From contig NIVC01001075.1 in NCBI GenBank assembly GCA_002269645.1, positions 1 to 64,000 on the forward strand: a DNA stretch of 64,000 bases, written 5' to 3'. Below are positions 52,790 through 64,000 of the stretch, in pieces. Every line of letters begins with the position of its first letter. Position 1 is the stretch's first letter. The notes under the pieces are model-generated. The model searched no databases, was not told where the DNA came from, and saw nothing but the letters and a program-made list of their open reading frames with translations. The DNA is from Macrostomum lignano (taxonomy: Eukaryota). The translations under genes and the position numbers were made by a program.

Positions 52790-53680
52790 TCTCACCACTG
52801 ACTCTCATAGTGTTTCACCATCGCCTCTCAGTGTCTCACCACTGACTCTCATAGGGTCTCACCACAGACTCTCATAGTGTCTCACCACTGACTCTCATAG
52901 TGTCTCACCACAGACTCTCATAGTGTCTCACCACTGACTCTCATAGTGTCTCACCACAGACTCTCATAGTGTCTCACCATCGCCTCTCGGTGTCTCACCA
53001 CTGACTCTCATAGTGTCTCACCACTGACTCTCATAGTGTCTCACCATCGACTCTCATAGTGTCCCACCACTGAATCTCATAGTGTCTCACCATCGCCTCT
53101 CGGTGTCTCACCACTGACTCTCATAGTGTCTCACCACTGACTCTCATAGTGTCTCACCATCGACTCTCATAGTGTCCCACCACTGAATCTCATAGTGTCT
53201 CACCATCGCCTCTCTGTGTCTCACCACCGACTCTCATAGTGTCTCACCACTGACTCTCATAGTGTCTCACCATCGACTCTTATAGTGTCCCACCACTGAA
53301 TCTCATAGTGTCTCACCATCGCCTCTCTGTGTCTCACCACCGACTCTCATAGTGTCTCACCACTGACTCTCATAGTGTCTCACCATCGCCTCTCTGTGTC
53401 TCACCACTGACTCTCATAGTGTCCCACCACCGACTCTCATAGTGTCTCACCATCGCCTCTCAGTGTCTCACCACTGACTCTCATAGTGTCCCACCACCGA
53501 CTCTCATAGTGTCTCACCACTGACTCTCATAGTGTCTCGCTACTGACTCTCGGAATCTCATAGTGTCTCACCACAGACCCTCATAGTGTCTCAACGCAGC
53601 CTCTCACAGTGTCTCACCTTCAACTCTCATAATGTCTCACCAGCAAATCTCATAGTCTCACTATCAAATCTCATAGTGTC
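52790..53680. repeat. 23-bp minisatellite
   Basis: Unit agtgtctcaccactgactctcat. Confidence 0.95.
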
Positions 53681-54879
53681 TCATAAGCCAACATTTACTT
53701 CATTCAAAGTTTCCTTTCAACCTGTCTAAACTGTTCTGTTTCTATTAAGTCATTAATGCAACTTTTCTAATTTGCGCAGAAAAACAATTACTAAAAAAAC
53801 TGATTTCAGCGCCCAATAATTCTGCGATAACCTACTTAAACCTTGTTGTTAAAATCGAGATTTAAAATGAATTTCAAATGTAACTAAATAGAAGCACATT
53901 CCCCCGATTCGACACAGTTTCTGAAACTGGAATTTTAGAGCATAATAAAATCCAATTCGCAAAATGCATTTATTTAAACGAAAAAGTGTAAATCTCAGCA
54001 TCTAAATAGCTGTTTGCATAAAAGAAAGTACACTCAGCGGTCGATTAGGGCTACCATTTCAAACATAGAATAAGTTCAACGCTTTGCTCGGTACTCAAAT
54101 CGCAGTCTATGGCCGCCAAGGACGCTTTGCAGTTGCCGCCTCTCCCGTCCGCCCCTTCGATCCGAAGCGATTTTAAAGACGTCAGAACAGAGAGCGGCAG
54201 AGTTAGGTTGAAAGATTTTCTTGGTGTAGATAGAAGCTGAAATTGTCTTTCATATACTTTTGAGAGGAGGAATCTACTGGTCGGCGAACTCTCTCTCTTT
54301 CTCTCAATTCTTGGACTCGACGGGATCAGGTGAGTGCAACTTGACATAGATATGGGAGTAGCTTCAGTTGACGACTGACCAGGTGGATAACTCGACTGCA
54401 CAGGACTGCGCATTGCTACAATCCTTCTCATGGCTCTCGGGCACACCATTGGCATTAGTATTGCAGCCGATATTGTTGCGACAGTTTCTCGAGTAGAGAT
54501 CTCTCGTTCTTCGAAGCTCTCCCCCCCCCCGAGTGTGGGTCTCTCTCCAATGTTTACCCGATTGGTTTCCCAGTCTTCTCCGCCCCCCCTCTCTCTCTAC
54601 ACTACTTCATTCGTTTGCGTAAAGCAATATCTTATCTTGAGCTAGTAGGCCCCGAGATTGTGCCACGAAAGCCAGCGAGGAAGGGAGAGAGGGAGAGACC
54701 CGGTTTTCGTGGACCCTTCCCTGTACAATGGCTCGCCTGCACCAGCGCTTGTTCCAGGGTCCGAGGCCCGTTTTGCAGCCAACCTCCCTCCGCTTCGAAT
54801 CCAAAATAGGTTACCAGCCAGCCACAAGCGTCGTATTACTAGCCATTAGCGAAGGCCCGGCCAGAACCGTACAAAAAGC

Positions 54880-57800
54880 ATGGTGTACAACGAACTGACG
54901 CGTCACTTCGGCTCGCTCAGCCTTGAAACAGCGTACCACCACCAGCAACAGCAGCAGCAGCAGCACCACCAACAGCAGCAACTGCAACAACTGCAGCAAC
55001 TTCATCTCGGCTCCATCGGCAGCATCATGGACCCCGGCCAGGGCTACAGCCTGCACCAGCCGGCGCCCAGCGGACCCGAGAGTCCCAGCACGGCCTCGTC
55101 CGAGATCAAATCGCAGAACAATCAGAACGCCATAGTTGTACCGCCCGAGGAAGCAATTTTGAAGCTGTGCGAACGCACCAAATATCAGATTGTGCAGGAG
55201 AACGGCCAACGAAGGTACGGGCCGCCGCCGGACTGGGAGGACACGCCGCCCAACCGCGGCTGCGAGGTGTTCATCGGTAAGATACCCCGCGACTGCTTCG
55301 AAGACGAACTGGTGCCAGTGTTTGAGAAGGCCGGGCGCATCTACATGTTCCGCCTGATGATGGACTTCTCCGGATCCAATCGGGGCTACGGGTTCTGCAT
55401 CTACACGAATCGGGAGGACACGAAGCGAGCCGTTCAGAAGCTCGACAACTATGAGATCCGTCGAGGCAAGACGCTAGGCGTCTGTCTCAGCGTTGACAAC
55501 TGCAGGCTGTTTGTCGGCGGCATACCGAAGACCAAGACCAAGCACGAGATCCTTGTCGAAATGAAAAAAGTCACCGACGGAGTGCGCGACGTCATCGTGT
55601 ATCCATCGGCGGCTGACAAGGGCAAAAATCGCGGCTTTGCATTCGTCGAGTACGAGCACCACAAGGCGGCCGCCATGGCCCGCCGGAAGCTGATTCCGGG
55701 TCGCATCCAGCTGTGGGGCCACCAGATCGCCGTGGACTGGGCCGAGCCGGAGCGCGAAGTCGACGAGGACATCATGTCCAAGGTGAACGGTTTGAGAATC
55801 TGCCTCTCCGCTCTCCCTCAGTGCTTGAGAATCTGCCTCTCCGCTCTCCCTCAGTGCTTGAGAATCTGCCTCTCCGCTCTTCATGACTTCTTGAGAATCT
55901 GCCTCTCCGCTCTTCATGACTTCTTGAGAATCTGCCTCTCCGCTCTCCCTCAGTGCTTAAGAATCTGCCTCTCCTCTCTTCATGACTTCTTGAGAATCTG
56001 CCTCTCCTCTCTCCCTCAGTGCTTGAGAATCTGCCTCTCCGCTCTCCCTCAGTGCTTGAGAATCTGCCTCTCCGCTCTCCCTCAGTGCTTGAGAATCTGC
56101 CTCTCCGCTCTCCCTCAGTGCTTGAGAATCTGCCTCTCCGCTCTCCCTCAGTGCTTGAGAATCTGCCTCTCCTCTCTTCATGACTTCTTGAGAATCTGCC
56201 TCTCCTCTCTCCCTCAGTGCTTGAGAATCTGCCTCTCCTCTCTTCATGACTTCTTGAGAATCTGCCTCTCCTCTCTCCCTCAGTGCTTGAGAATCTGCCT
56301 CTCCGCTCTCCCTCAGTGCTTGAGAATCTGCCTCTCCGCTCTCCCTCAGTGCTTGAGAATCTGCCTCTCCGCTCTCCCTCAGTGCTTGAGAATCTGCCTC
56401 TCCGCTCTCCCTCAGTGCTTGAGAATCTGCCTCTCCTCTCTTCATGACTTCTTGAGAATCTGCCTCTCCTCTCTCCCTCAGTGCTTGAGAATCTGCCTCT
56501 CCTCTCTTCATGACTTCTTGAGAATCTGCCTCTCCGCTCTCCCTCAGTGCTTGAGAATCTGCCTCTCCACTCTCCCTCAGTGCCTGAGAATCTGCCTCTC
56601 CGTTCTCCCTCAGTGCCTGAGAATCTGCCTCTCCGCTCTCCCTCAGTGCACAAAGTCACCTAAACATATTTTCAGTAAATCTTATTATATTCGGTTTAGA
56701 TTTTATCGGCCTCAGCAACTGATTAACCCATTCTTTGAAGCGACAGTCTATGGCAGAAATATTCACCGTTGTACATTCGCGCTAGTGTACTTCGGTTACA
56801 TTTCATACACCATATGCACTTTTAAATTTATGCTTTCATTCGTAAATCCTTATGACATCAATAAAGAATATTCTAAAATTCCTCCATACACCCCGACTCA
56901 AGGTAAAAATCCTGTACGTCCGCAATCTCATGCTGAACACAACGGAGGAGCACCTGAGGGAGCTCTTTTCCTCCGCCATCGGCATCAGCCCCGAGTCTGT
57001 TGAACGGGTCAAAAAAATCCGCGACTACGCCTTCGTGCACTTCAAAGACCGCGCCGACGCCATCGCCGCCATGGAGAAGCTGGACGGTGAGCAACTCTGC
57101 GTTTGAGATGAAGCTGAGCACGAGTCCGGCTTAACCCTAAGCCAGAGCCGTAGCCCAGCGGTCTAGTGCAGGCTCTGGTGTGCCAGCGACCCAGGCTCGA
57201 TTCCAAGTGCAGTCACATTAATTTGGGACTGAATTGGAATCTCGGCTTGGCTCTGCTCGTTCAATTAACGCCCTTGAAGTGTACATGCCTAACGATAAGT
57301 AAAGTCAGGGCTGCTGTACACTCCTGTGAGTGTGTGCCTGTGCGTGTGACTGCGTACGTGCTCAGGGGAGTCGGCGGAATGGGCAGCAATGCCTCTCGCC
57401 GGTTGTGTGCCAATGCACGCAGTCCCCTGTTTGTGATAAGAAAGTCCTTATGCCTCACCTCCTTATTGTCTTATCTATCATGCCTCAAACCAAATCTATC
57501 TAATGGTATTTTTAACTTAACTGTCCGAATCCCCACAGACACGGAGATCGACGGCTCCCGGGTGGAGGTAACCCTGGCCAAGCCGGTGGACAAGGCCGAA
57601 TCTGCTCGAGCAAAAACTGCCGCAGCCGCCGCCGCAGCCGCAGCCGCCGCCGGTCAGCATTCGAAGCTGCAGCCACTGGCTCAGCTGATTACGCCGCAGC
57701 AGGCTGCTGGAGTCGGGCTGTACCATCAGCACCAGCTGCAGGCTCATCCAGCCGCTCTGCATCAACTCGAACCGCTGGCTCTGAGTGCCTACTGTCAGGG

Positions 57801-60800
57801 CAACGGCCTGCTAGCGCAAGATCAGACAGGACAGCAGCAGCAGCAGCAGCAGCAACAACAACAGCCAACGCATACGCAAAGGTAAAAGTTGGGTGTCTAA
57901 GTTTATAAACTCTCTCGGTGAGAGACTGGTTTTTGTGCCAGTGGATCTCTGTGTGTGTGCCAGTGGATCTCTGTGTGTGTGCCAGTGGATCTCTGTGTGT
58001 GTGCCAGTGGATCTCTGTGTGTGTGCCAGTGGATCTGTGTGTGTATGTGCCAGTGGATGTGTGTGTGCCGGTGGATCTGTGTGTGTATGTGCCAGTGGAT
58101 GTGTGTGTGCCAGTGGATCTGTGTGTGTGCCAGTGGATCTGTGTGTGCCAGTGGATCTGTGTGTTCCAGTGGATCTGTGTGTGCCAGTGGATCTGTGTGT
58201 GCCAGTGGATCTGTGTGTGTGCCAGTGGATCTGTGTGTGCCAGTGGATCTGTGTGTGCCAGTGGATCTGGGTGTGCCAGTGGATCTGTGTGTGCCAGTGG
58301 ATCTCTGTGTGTGTGCCAGTGGATCTGTGTGTGCCAGTGGATCTCTGTGTGTGTGCCAGTGGATCTGTGTGTGTGCCAGTGGATCTGGGTGTGTGCCAGT
58401 GGATCTGTGTGTTCCAGTGGATCTGTGTGTGCCAGTGGATCTGTGTGTGCCAGTGGATCTGTGTGTGTGCCAGTGGATCTGTGTGTGCCAGTGGATCTGT
58501 GTGTGCCAGTGGATCTGGGTGTGCCAGTGGATCTGTGTGTGCCAGTGGATCTCTGTGTGTGTGCCAGTGGATCTGTGTGTGCCAGTGGATCTCTGTGTGT
58601 GCCAGTGGATCTGTGTGTGTGCCAGTGGATCTGTGTGTTCCAGTGGATCTGTGTGTGCCAGTGGATCTGTGTGTGCCAGTGGATCTGTGTGTGTGCCAGT
58701 GGATCTGTGTGTGCCAGTGGATCTGTGTGTGCCAGTGGATCTGGGTGTGCCAGTGGATCTGTCTGCCAGTGGAGCTGGCTATAAGGATGTTACTTCAGTC
58801 GCGAAGTGCACGCTGTTAAGACCCATCCATCTATAATTTCTACAAAAATATATAATTGAATACTTGAAACAGAAGGCGGCCAGCAAATTCCTGATGCAAT
58901 CAGTCTAGTAGAATGCGGTGTCTTAACACTGCACAAACCAGCTGGGTACCAACTACCTGCAACAATCGATTGTCATCGCCCTGTCCAATGTTTAGCAAAA
59001 TCTAGAAGGCAATTCAGCTTGGCAGTTTTCAACTAAATCAGTCACAGAAACGAGGCTTTAGAGAAGTTGTTTATAACTAAGCGTTGGTGTAACACCCCAC
59101 ACCAGCGCGTCCGCTGCGCTCAATCTGCACCTCGGTTACACCAAGCCAGTGGCTCTGAAATCTACATGTAATATTATTTTAGCCTGTACGCTACTGGTCA
59201 CATAGCAGAACAAGAATGACTACATTCTGCAGTTGAAGCTTAGATAGATATTTTTGCTAGGGGGGGGTAGCTTGTACAGGGAGGTAAGCGCTTAAGAATT
59301 TAGTCAAGATTGTTTATAGTTTAGCCCGGATAAGATGCCAGAATCTAAAAATTCACCTTGTTCTCTTTTTGTTTGAAACAGCTTTTCTCCCCAATTCCCC
59401 GCAGTGTGTCAGTGGGTCAAACCTTCTCCACCCCAATTCCCTGCAGTGTGTCAGCAGGTCAAACCTTCTCCACCCCAATTCCCCGCAGTGTGTCAGCAGG
59501 TCAAACCTTCTCCACCCCAATTCCCTGCAGTGTGTCAGTGGGTCAAACCTTCTCCACCCCAATTCCCCGCAGTGTGTCAGCAGGTCAAACCTTCTCCACC
59601 CCAATTCCCCGCAGTGTGTCAGTGGGTCAAACCTTCTCCACCCCAATTCCCTGCAATGTGTCAGCAGGTCAAACCTTCTCCACCCCAATTCCCCGCAGTG
59701 TGTCAGCAGGTCAAACCTTCTCCACCCCAATTCCCTGCAGTGTGTCAGCAGGTCAAACCTTCTCCACCCCAATTCCCCGCAGTGTGTCAGTGGGTCAAAC
59801 CTTCTCCACCCCAATTCCCTGCAGTGTGTCAGCAGGTCAAACCTTCTCCACCCCAATTCCCCGCAGTGTGTCAGTGGGTCAAACCTTCTCCACCCCAATT
59901 CCCCGCAGTGTGTCAGTAGGTCAAACCTTCTCCACCCCAATTCCCTGCAGTGTGTCAGCAGGTCAAACCTTCTCCACCCCAATTCCCCGCAGTGTGTCAG
60001 CAGGTCAAACCTTCTCCACCCCAATTCCCTGCAGTGTGTCAGCAGGTCAAACCTTCTCCACCCCAATTCCCCGCAGTGTGTCAGTGGGTCAAACCTTCTC
60101 CACCCCAATTCCCCGCAGTGTGTCAGCGGGTCAAACCTTCTCCACCCCAATTCCCTGCAGTGTGTCAGCAGGTCAAACCTTCTCCACCCCAATTCCCTGC
60201 AGTGTGTCAGCAGGTCAAACCTTCTCCACCCCAATTCCCTGCAGTGTGTCAGCAGGTCAAACCTTCTCCACCCCAATTCCCCGCAGGCAGTTCCGCAACG
60301 CCGCCGGCAGTCGATCTGCGAGCGCCAGGAGCGGCGCCAGCAACAACTCGGGTGGTTACCATAGAGACAAGCGGACAAATCTGGAGGTGAGTCTTGCAAA
60401 AGTTCCCTGACCTCCGCTGTCCCTGAGTGTCCTCTACAAAGATTTCCCTCCATCACTGCAAGATAAAAGTTTAAGAAAAGGTTAATAACATCAAAATCAA
60501 ATAACTTGTATAACCCGACAGACACGCTGGATAATGCACTTCCCGGACCCCAGGCTGAAGGTTTGGCAGATCCGCGCTACTGCTAGTTTATGGCGCTAAT
60601 TAATGCATAACTTAGCCGCTAGTTTTTTATTGTAAACTGCTTTAGACACTATTGAAAGTAGTTGCTGACGTGCAAATCCAACCGATGTTTTTAAAATCCT
60701 TCCGATTTAAGAGATATGATTCTTCAAGTCTTAGTTGAATTTTTCATGCATTTAAACAAATTTAACTCGGCAAATTTTATTTCTGCATTCAGATTCTGGA

Positions 60801-63305
60801 TGAGATCAGCACTCAGAACGGATTGGGGAGTCCGTCCTATCAAGTTCAGTGCCACGAACTGCTAGAGACCAATACAGGGGTTAAGAGCAACTGGTTTCTG
60901 GGAAAGGTGAGTTGGATAAGAGGGTTGAAATGGTTTACTTATTGCAGACAGGAAGGCTGTGTGCGCTCTGCCGCACTTTAAGCGACATTGTTGCACAACT
61001 GGCGAGAGGCATTGCTGCCCATTCCGCCGACTCCCTTGAGCAGGCACACAAGCGCGCGGATACGTACGCAGTCACACGCACAGGCACACACTCACACAGG
61101 AGTGTACAGCGGCCCCTAACTGTATTTATCGTTAGGCATGTACACTTCACTGTGCCTTGGGGCAGTGACCCAAGCCGATATTCCAATTTAGCCCCAAATT
61201 AATGTGACTGCACTTGGGAATCGAGCCTGGACCGCTGGTACATGCGTCGTAGGAGAGCCACGTTAAACCACTGGATAGACATGGATAGGGATCAGTTCCT
61301 ACAATTCCCAGAAACACTCCCCCCACTCCTCAGGTGACAATCGGTGGCAGGCAGCAGTTCACGGCGCACAGGTTCGCCCAGACAACCGAAGAGGCGCGGC
61401 TCGCAGCGGCTGAGGCGGCCCTGATCGGCCTGACGCAGGTGCAGCAGCAGCAGCCGCAGCAGCAGCCGCAGCAACAGCCGGCAGGCGTATTCGCTCCGTC
61501 GGGCAGTGAGCAGGCCCTATTCCTAGGTGAGTTCAATCGAGTCCAACAGTTGCAAACATTTCAAACAGCCGCTGTGCCAATGCTTGCCGCCGGCGCGCCG
61601 CTCGTCTCCATGGCAACGGCCGGCTGTCAGCAGCTTCAGCAGGCGCCTCTGCAGCCGCCGCCGCCGCCGCAGCCGCCAATGGCGATGCTTCAGCCACCGA
61701 TATCGACATCGCTGCAGCTTGCGCCCGGTTGCTACCCGGGCCTAGCAACCACTTACGGAGGCCCGATTGCTCAAATGGCGCAGATTCCGCATCAGCTCGG
61801 CCTGCAGCAGCAGCCGATGCAGTTTTACCAGTTGCAGCAGCAACAGCAGCAGCAGCAGCTGCTAGCAACTAGTGATGCTGATTCCAGTGAGTGAGGAGCA
61901 GGCGGTTTTGGTCGAGTTGGTTTTGTTGGCGCGCGTCTTCCATCGTTCATTGTCAGGTTCATCGAGTTTAGCGCTTAAACTTCTGCTTTTTAACTGTTTG
62001 TTTTATTCTGTTTTTGCCAGTTTAACTTTTGTTATTAGCAGCAGTAGACGGGGTAGAGATGGATAGATAGGCAGACAGGATAGAGATGGATAGATAGGCA
62101 GGATAGAGATGGATAGAGAGGCAGGATAGAGATGGATAGAGAGGCAGGATAGAGATGGATAGAGAGGCAGACAGGATAGAGATGGATAGAGAGGCAGACA
62201 GGATAGAGATGGATAGAGAGGCAGATAGGATAGAGATGGATAGATAGGCAGGATAGAGATGGATAGAGAGGCAGACAGGATAGAGATGGATAGAGAGGCA
62301 GACAGGATAGAGATGGATAGAGAGGCAGATAGGATAGAGATGGATAGATAGGCAGGATAGAAATAGATAGAGAGGCAGACAGGATAGAGATGGATAGAGA
62401 GGCAGACAGGATAGAGATGGATAGAGAGGCAGGATAGAGATGGATAGATAGGCAGACAGGATAGAGATGGATAGATAGGCAGGATAGAGATGGATAGAGA
62501 GGCAGGATAGAGATGGATAGAGAGGCAGGATAGAGATGGATAGAGAGGCAGACAGGATAGAGATGGATAGAGAGGCAGACAGGATAGAGATGGATAGAGA
62601 GGCAGATAGGATAGAGATATATAGATAGGCAGGATAGAGATGGATAGAGAGGCAGACAGGATAGAGATGGATAGAGAGGCAGACAGGATAGAGATGGATA
62701 GAGAGGCAGATAGGATAGAGATGGATAGATAGGCAGGATAGAAATAGATAGAGAGGCAGACAGGATAGAGATGGATAGAGAGGCAGACAGGATAGAGATG
62801 GATAGAGAGGCAGACAGGATAGAGATGGATAGAGAGGCAGATAGGATAGAGATGGATAGAGAGGCAGACAGGATAGAGATGGATAGAGAGGCAGACAGGA
62901 TAGAGATGGATAGAGAGGCAGATAGGATAGAGATGGATAGATAGGCAGGATAGAAATAGATAGAGAGGCAGACAGGATAGAGATGGATAGAGAGGCAGAC
63001 GGGATGTTTTCAAAGAAACTCGCACCCCCTCCATTGCAGCCGGTTCGGGCATGACGGCCATGCAGCTTCCCGCCATCTCGGAGGCGGCCGGATTTCCCGG
63101 CGCGTTTCTTTACGCGCCCGGCGCCGCTGCGGGCGCGGCTCCTGTCAGCGCCGCCGACCCTGGCGCCGCGTATTTCGCCGCGGCCGCAGCCGCCGCAGCC
63201 GCCGCCGCAGCCGCCATGCCGCCGCCCCAGCTGCCGCCGCCTCCTCCGCCAGGTGCTCAATACGTTGCCGCCTCCTGCGGTGATGGCGGAGCCAACGGCA
63301 ACATT

Positions 63306-63366
<61 letters not shown>

Positions 63367-63407
63367 CAGGCGGTGGCGCGGATATGTACACCGGTTACTC
63401 CAACTGA
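54880..63407 (+). CDS. RBM47/A1CF/RBM46-family RNA-binding protein: 3 RRMs, dsRBD-like domain, polyQ/polyA tracts (~854 aa, 7 exons)
   Basis: Exons 54880-55782, 56903-57086, 57539-57881, 60287-60386, 60793-60906, 61334-61886, 63040-63407 (2565 nt, phase-consistent). Motifs: [45 protein letters not shown]...[59 protein letters not shown]. dsRBD-like: [17 protein letters not shown]...FLGKVTI...[12 protein letters not shown]. Confidence 0.92.
55791..56650 (+). repeat. 33-bp minisatellite (~26 copies) starting 8 nt after the intron 1 donor
   Basis: Unit ttgagaatctgcctctccgctctccctcagtgc; a variant unit ends tcttcatgacttc. Confidence 0.96.
57146..57415 (+). mobile_element. tRNA-derived SINE, copy 1 (intron 2 of the RBM47-like gene)
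   Basis: A-box-like gtagcccagcggtcta and B-box-like ggctcgattcc. The body (gtgcagtcacattaatttg...gtgtacatgcctaacgata...ctgtacactcctgtgagtgtgtgcctgtgcgtgtgactgcgtacgt...gggagtcggcggaatgggcagcaatgcctctcgcc) is shared with 60985-61282. Confidence 0.8.
57935..58770. repeat. ~18-bp GT-rich variable minisatellite at the 5' end of intron 3
   Basis: Unit gccagtggatct(gt)n. Confidence 0.95.
59385..60286 (+). repeat. 42-bp minisatellite whose unit ends in a pyrimidine tract + CAG; the last unit forms the exon 4 acceptor
   Basis: Unit tgtgtcag(t/c)(g/a)ggtcaaaccttctccaccccaattccc(c/t)gcag. The first CAG ends at 59404 and the last at 60286, a distance of 21x42. Confidence 0.97.
60985..61282 (-). mobile_element. 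tRNA-derived SINE, copy 2, inverted relative to copy 1 (intron 5 of the RBM47-like gene)
   Basis: The minus strand reads tatccagtggttta (A-box-like) ...ccaggctcgattcccaagtgcagtcacattaatttgggg... and continues colinearly with 57146-57415. Confidence 0.8.
62050..63000. repeat. Purine-rich 23-27-bp minisatellite filling intron 6
   Basis: Unit aggatagagatggatagagaggcag(ac). Confidence 0.95.
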
Positions 63408-63573
63408 CTCAATGATGTAAGGAATCGCTGACCTCACTCAACGAGTGCCTTGCCCTTTACCTTCTTCTATATTCCTCGTAAGTATGAACGAATTGGCTCT
63501 TAGATAGGTGCATGTGGATCCTAGTGGTGATGCCGCTTCTCCATCATATACTTACTGCATCCCACAGATGCTA

Positions 63574-63989
63574 AAATAACTTGATTGGCCACTCAGGCAT
63601 ATATACTTAGTAAAGCAGCTTTCTACTTTCAGTTCAGTAGCAAAGAAGAATGCATAAGCTATTTTATAAAAATAAAGGCAGCTGAAATGACTTTGATAAG
63701 TTTAGAAGCCCAAGCTTGCAGGCGTAAATAAGTTGCTAATTGGTTCAGCAGTAATGTACATTGGCCAGTCCACTGAAATGTACATGGCTAGAAGTCCGAG
63801 AAAGGCAATAAAAATTGGGGCGGGGTGGGGTAGTGTGGAAAGGCGCGGTTGGAGGGTTTAAGCTGGGGGCGGGGTAAAAGCCAATATACATTGGCTTTAA
63901 TAAAAATACACTACAATGCTCTGTTTAACTTACTACTGAACTGAAAGTAGCTTACACGCATATGCGCTGAGTGGCCCATCTAGTTATTC
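63574..63989. mobile_element. TA-flanked MITE, copy B (reverse complement of 34990-35413)
   Basis: Ends aaataacttgattggcccactcag...gagtggcccatctagttattc, flanked by TA at 63572-63573 and 63990-63991. Confidence 0.85.
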
Positions 63990-64000
63990 TAGCAGCTGTG

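Noticed and set aside
62003-63437. Minus-strand ORFs of 357 and 471 aa
   Set aside because: Antisense of the polyQ/polyA last exon plus the intron 6 repeat; the poly-Leu stretch is reverse-complement CAG.

Overview
Eukaryotic (animal) genomic DNA. GT-AG introns, GC-rich polyQ/polyA-rich coding exons and dense intronic minisatellites suggest a lophotrochozoan such as a Macrostomum-like flatworm; this is an inference, not a database match. I reconstructed eight protein-coding genes by hand with frame-consistent splice sites: (1) an intronless FN2x3 + 15xTSP1-like type I membrane protein (-, 1659-5345); (2) a 9-exon GlyR/GluCl-type Cys-loop chloride channel subunit (-, 7631-21871); (3) a thioredoxin with a WCRPC site (-, 25952-30343); (4) a stargazin/TARP (CACNG)-like tetraspan (+, 32325-34714); (5) a beta-arrestin (-, 39746-43525); (6) a divergent beta-tubulin carrying Y167 and A198 (+, 47507-48935); (7) a Na+/K+-ATPase beta-subunit-like protein (-, 50456-52036); (8) an RBM47/A1CF/RBM46-family 3xRRM + dsRBD-like protein (+, 54880-63407). 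Five single-base frameshifts (three in gene 1, two in gene 5) all sit in homopolymers and look like consensus errors. Most long introns and intergenic gaps carry their own tandem array, including a 4.6-kb 27-bp satellite with higher-order structure. TA-flanked MITEs and tRNA-derived SINEs are also present. The most unusual signals cluster in the RBM47-like gene: 22 tandem in-frame 3' splice acceptors, an open intron 1 made of acceptor-like repeats, and inverted SINEs bracketing exons 3-5. No CRISPR array, rRNA or intact tRNA was seen.
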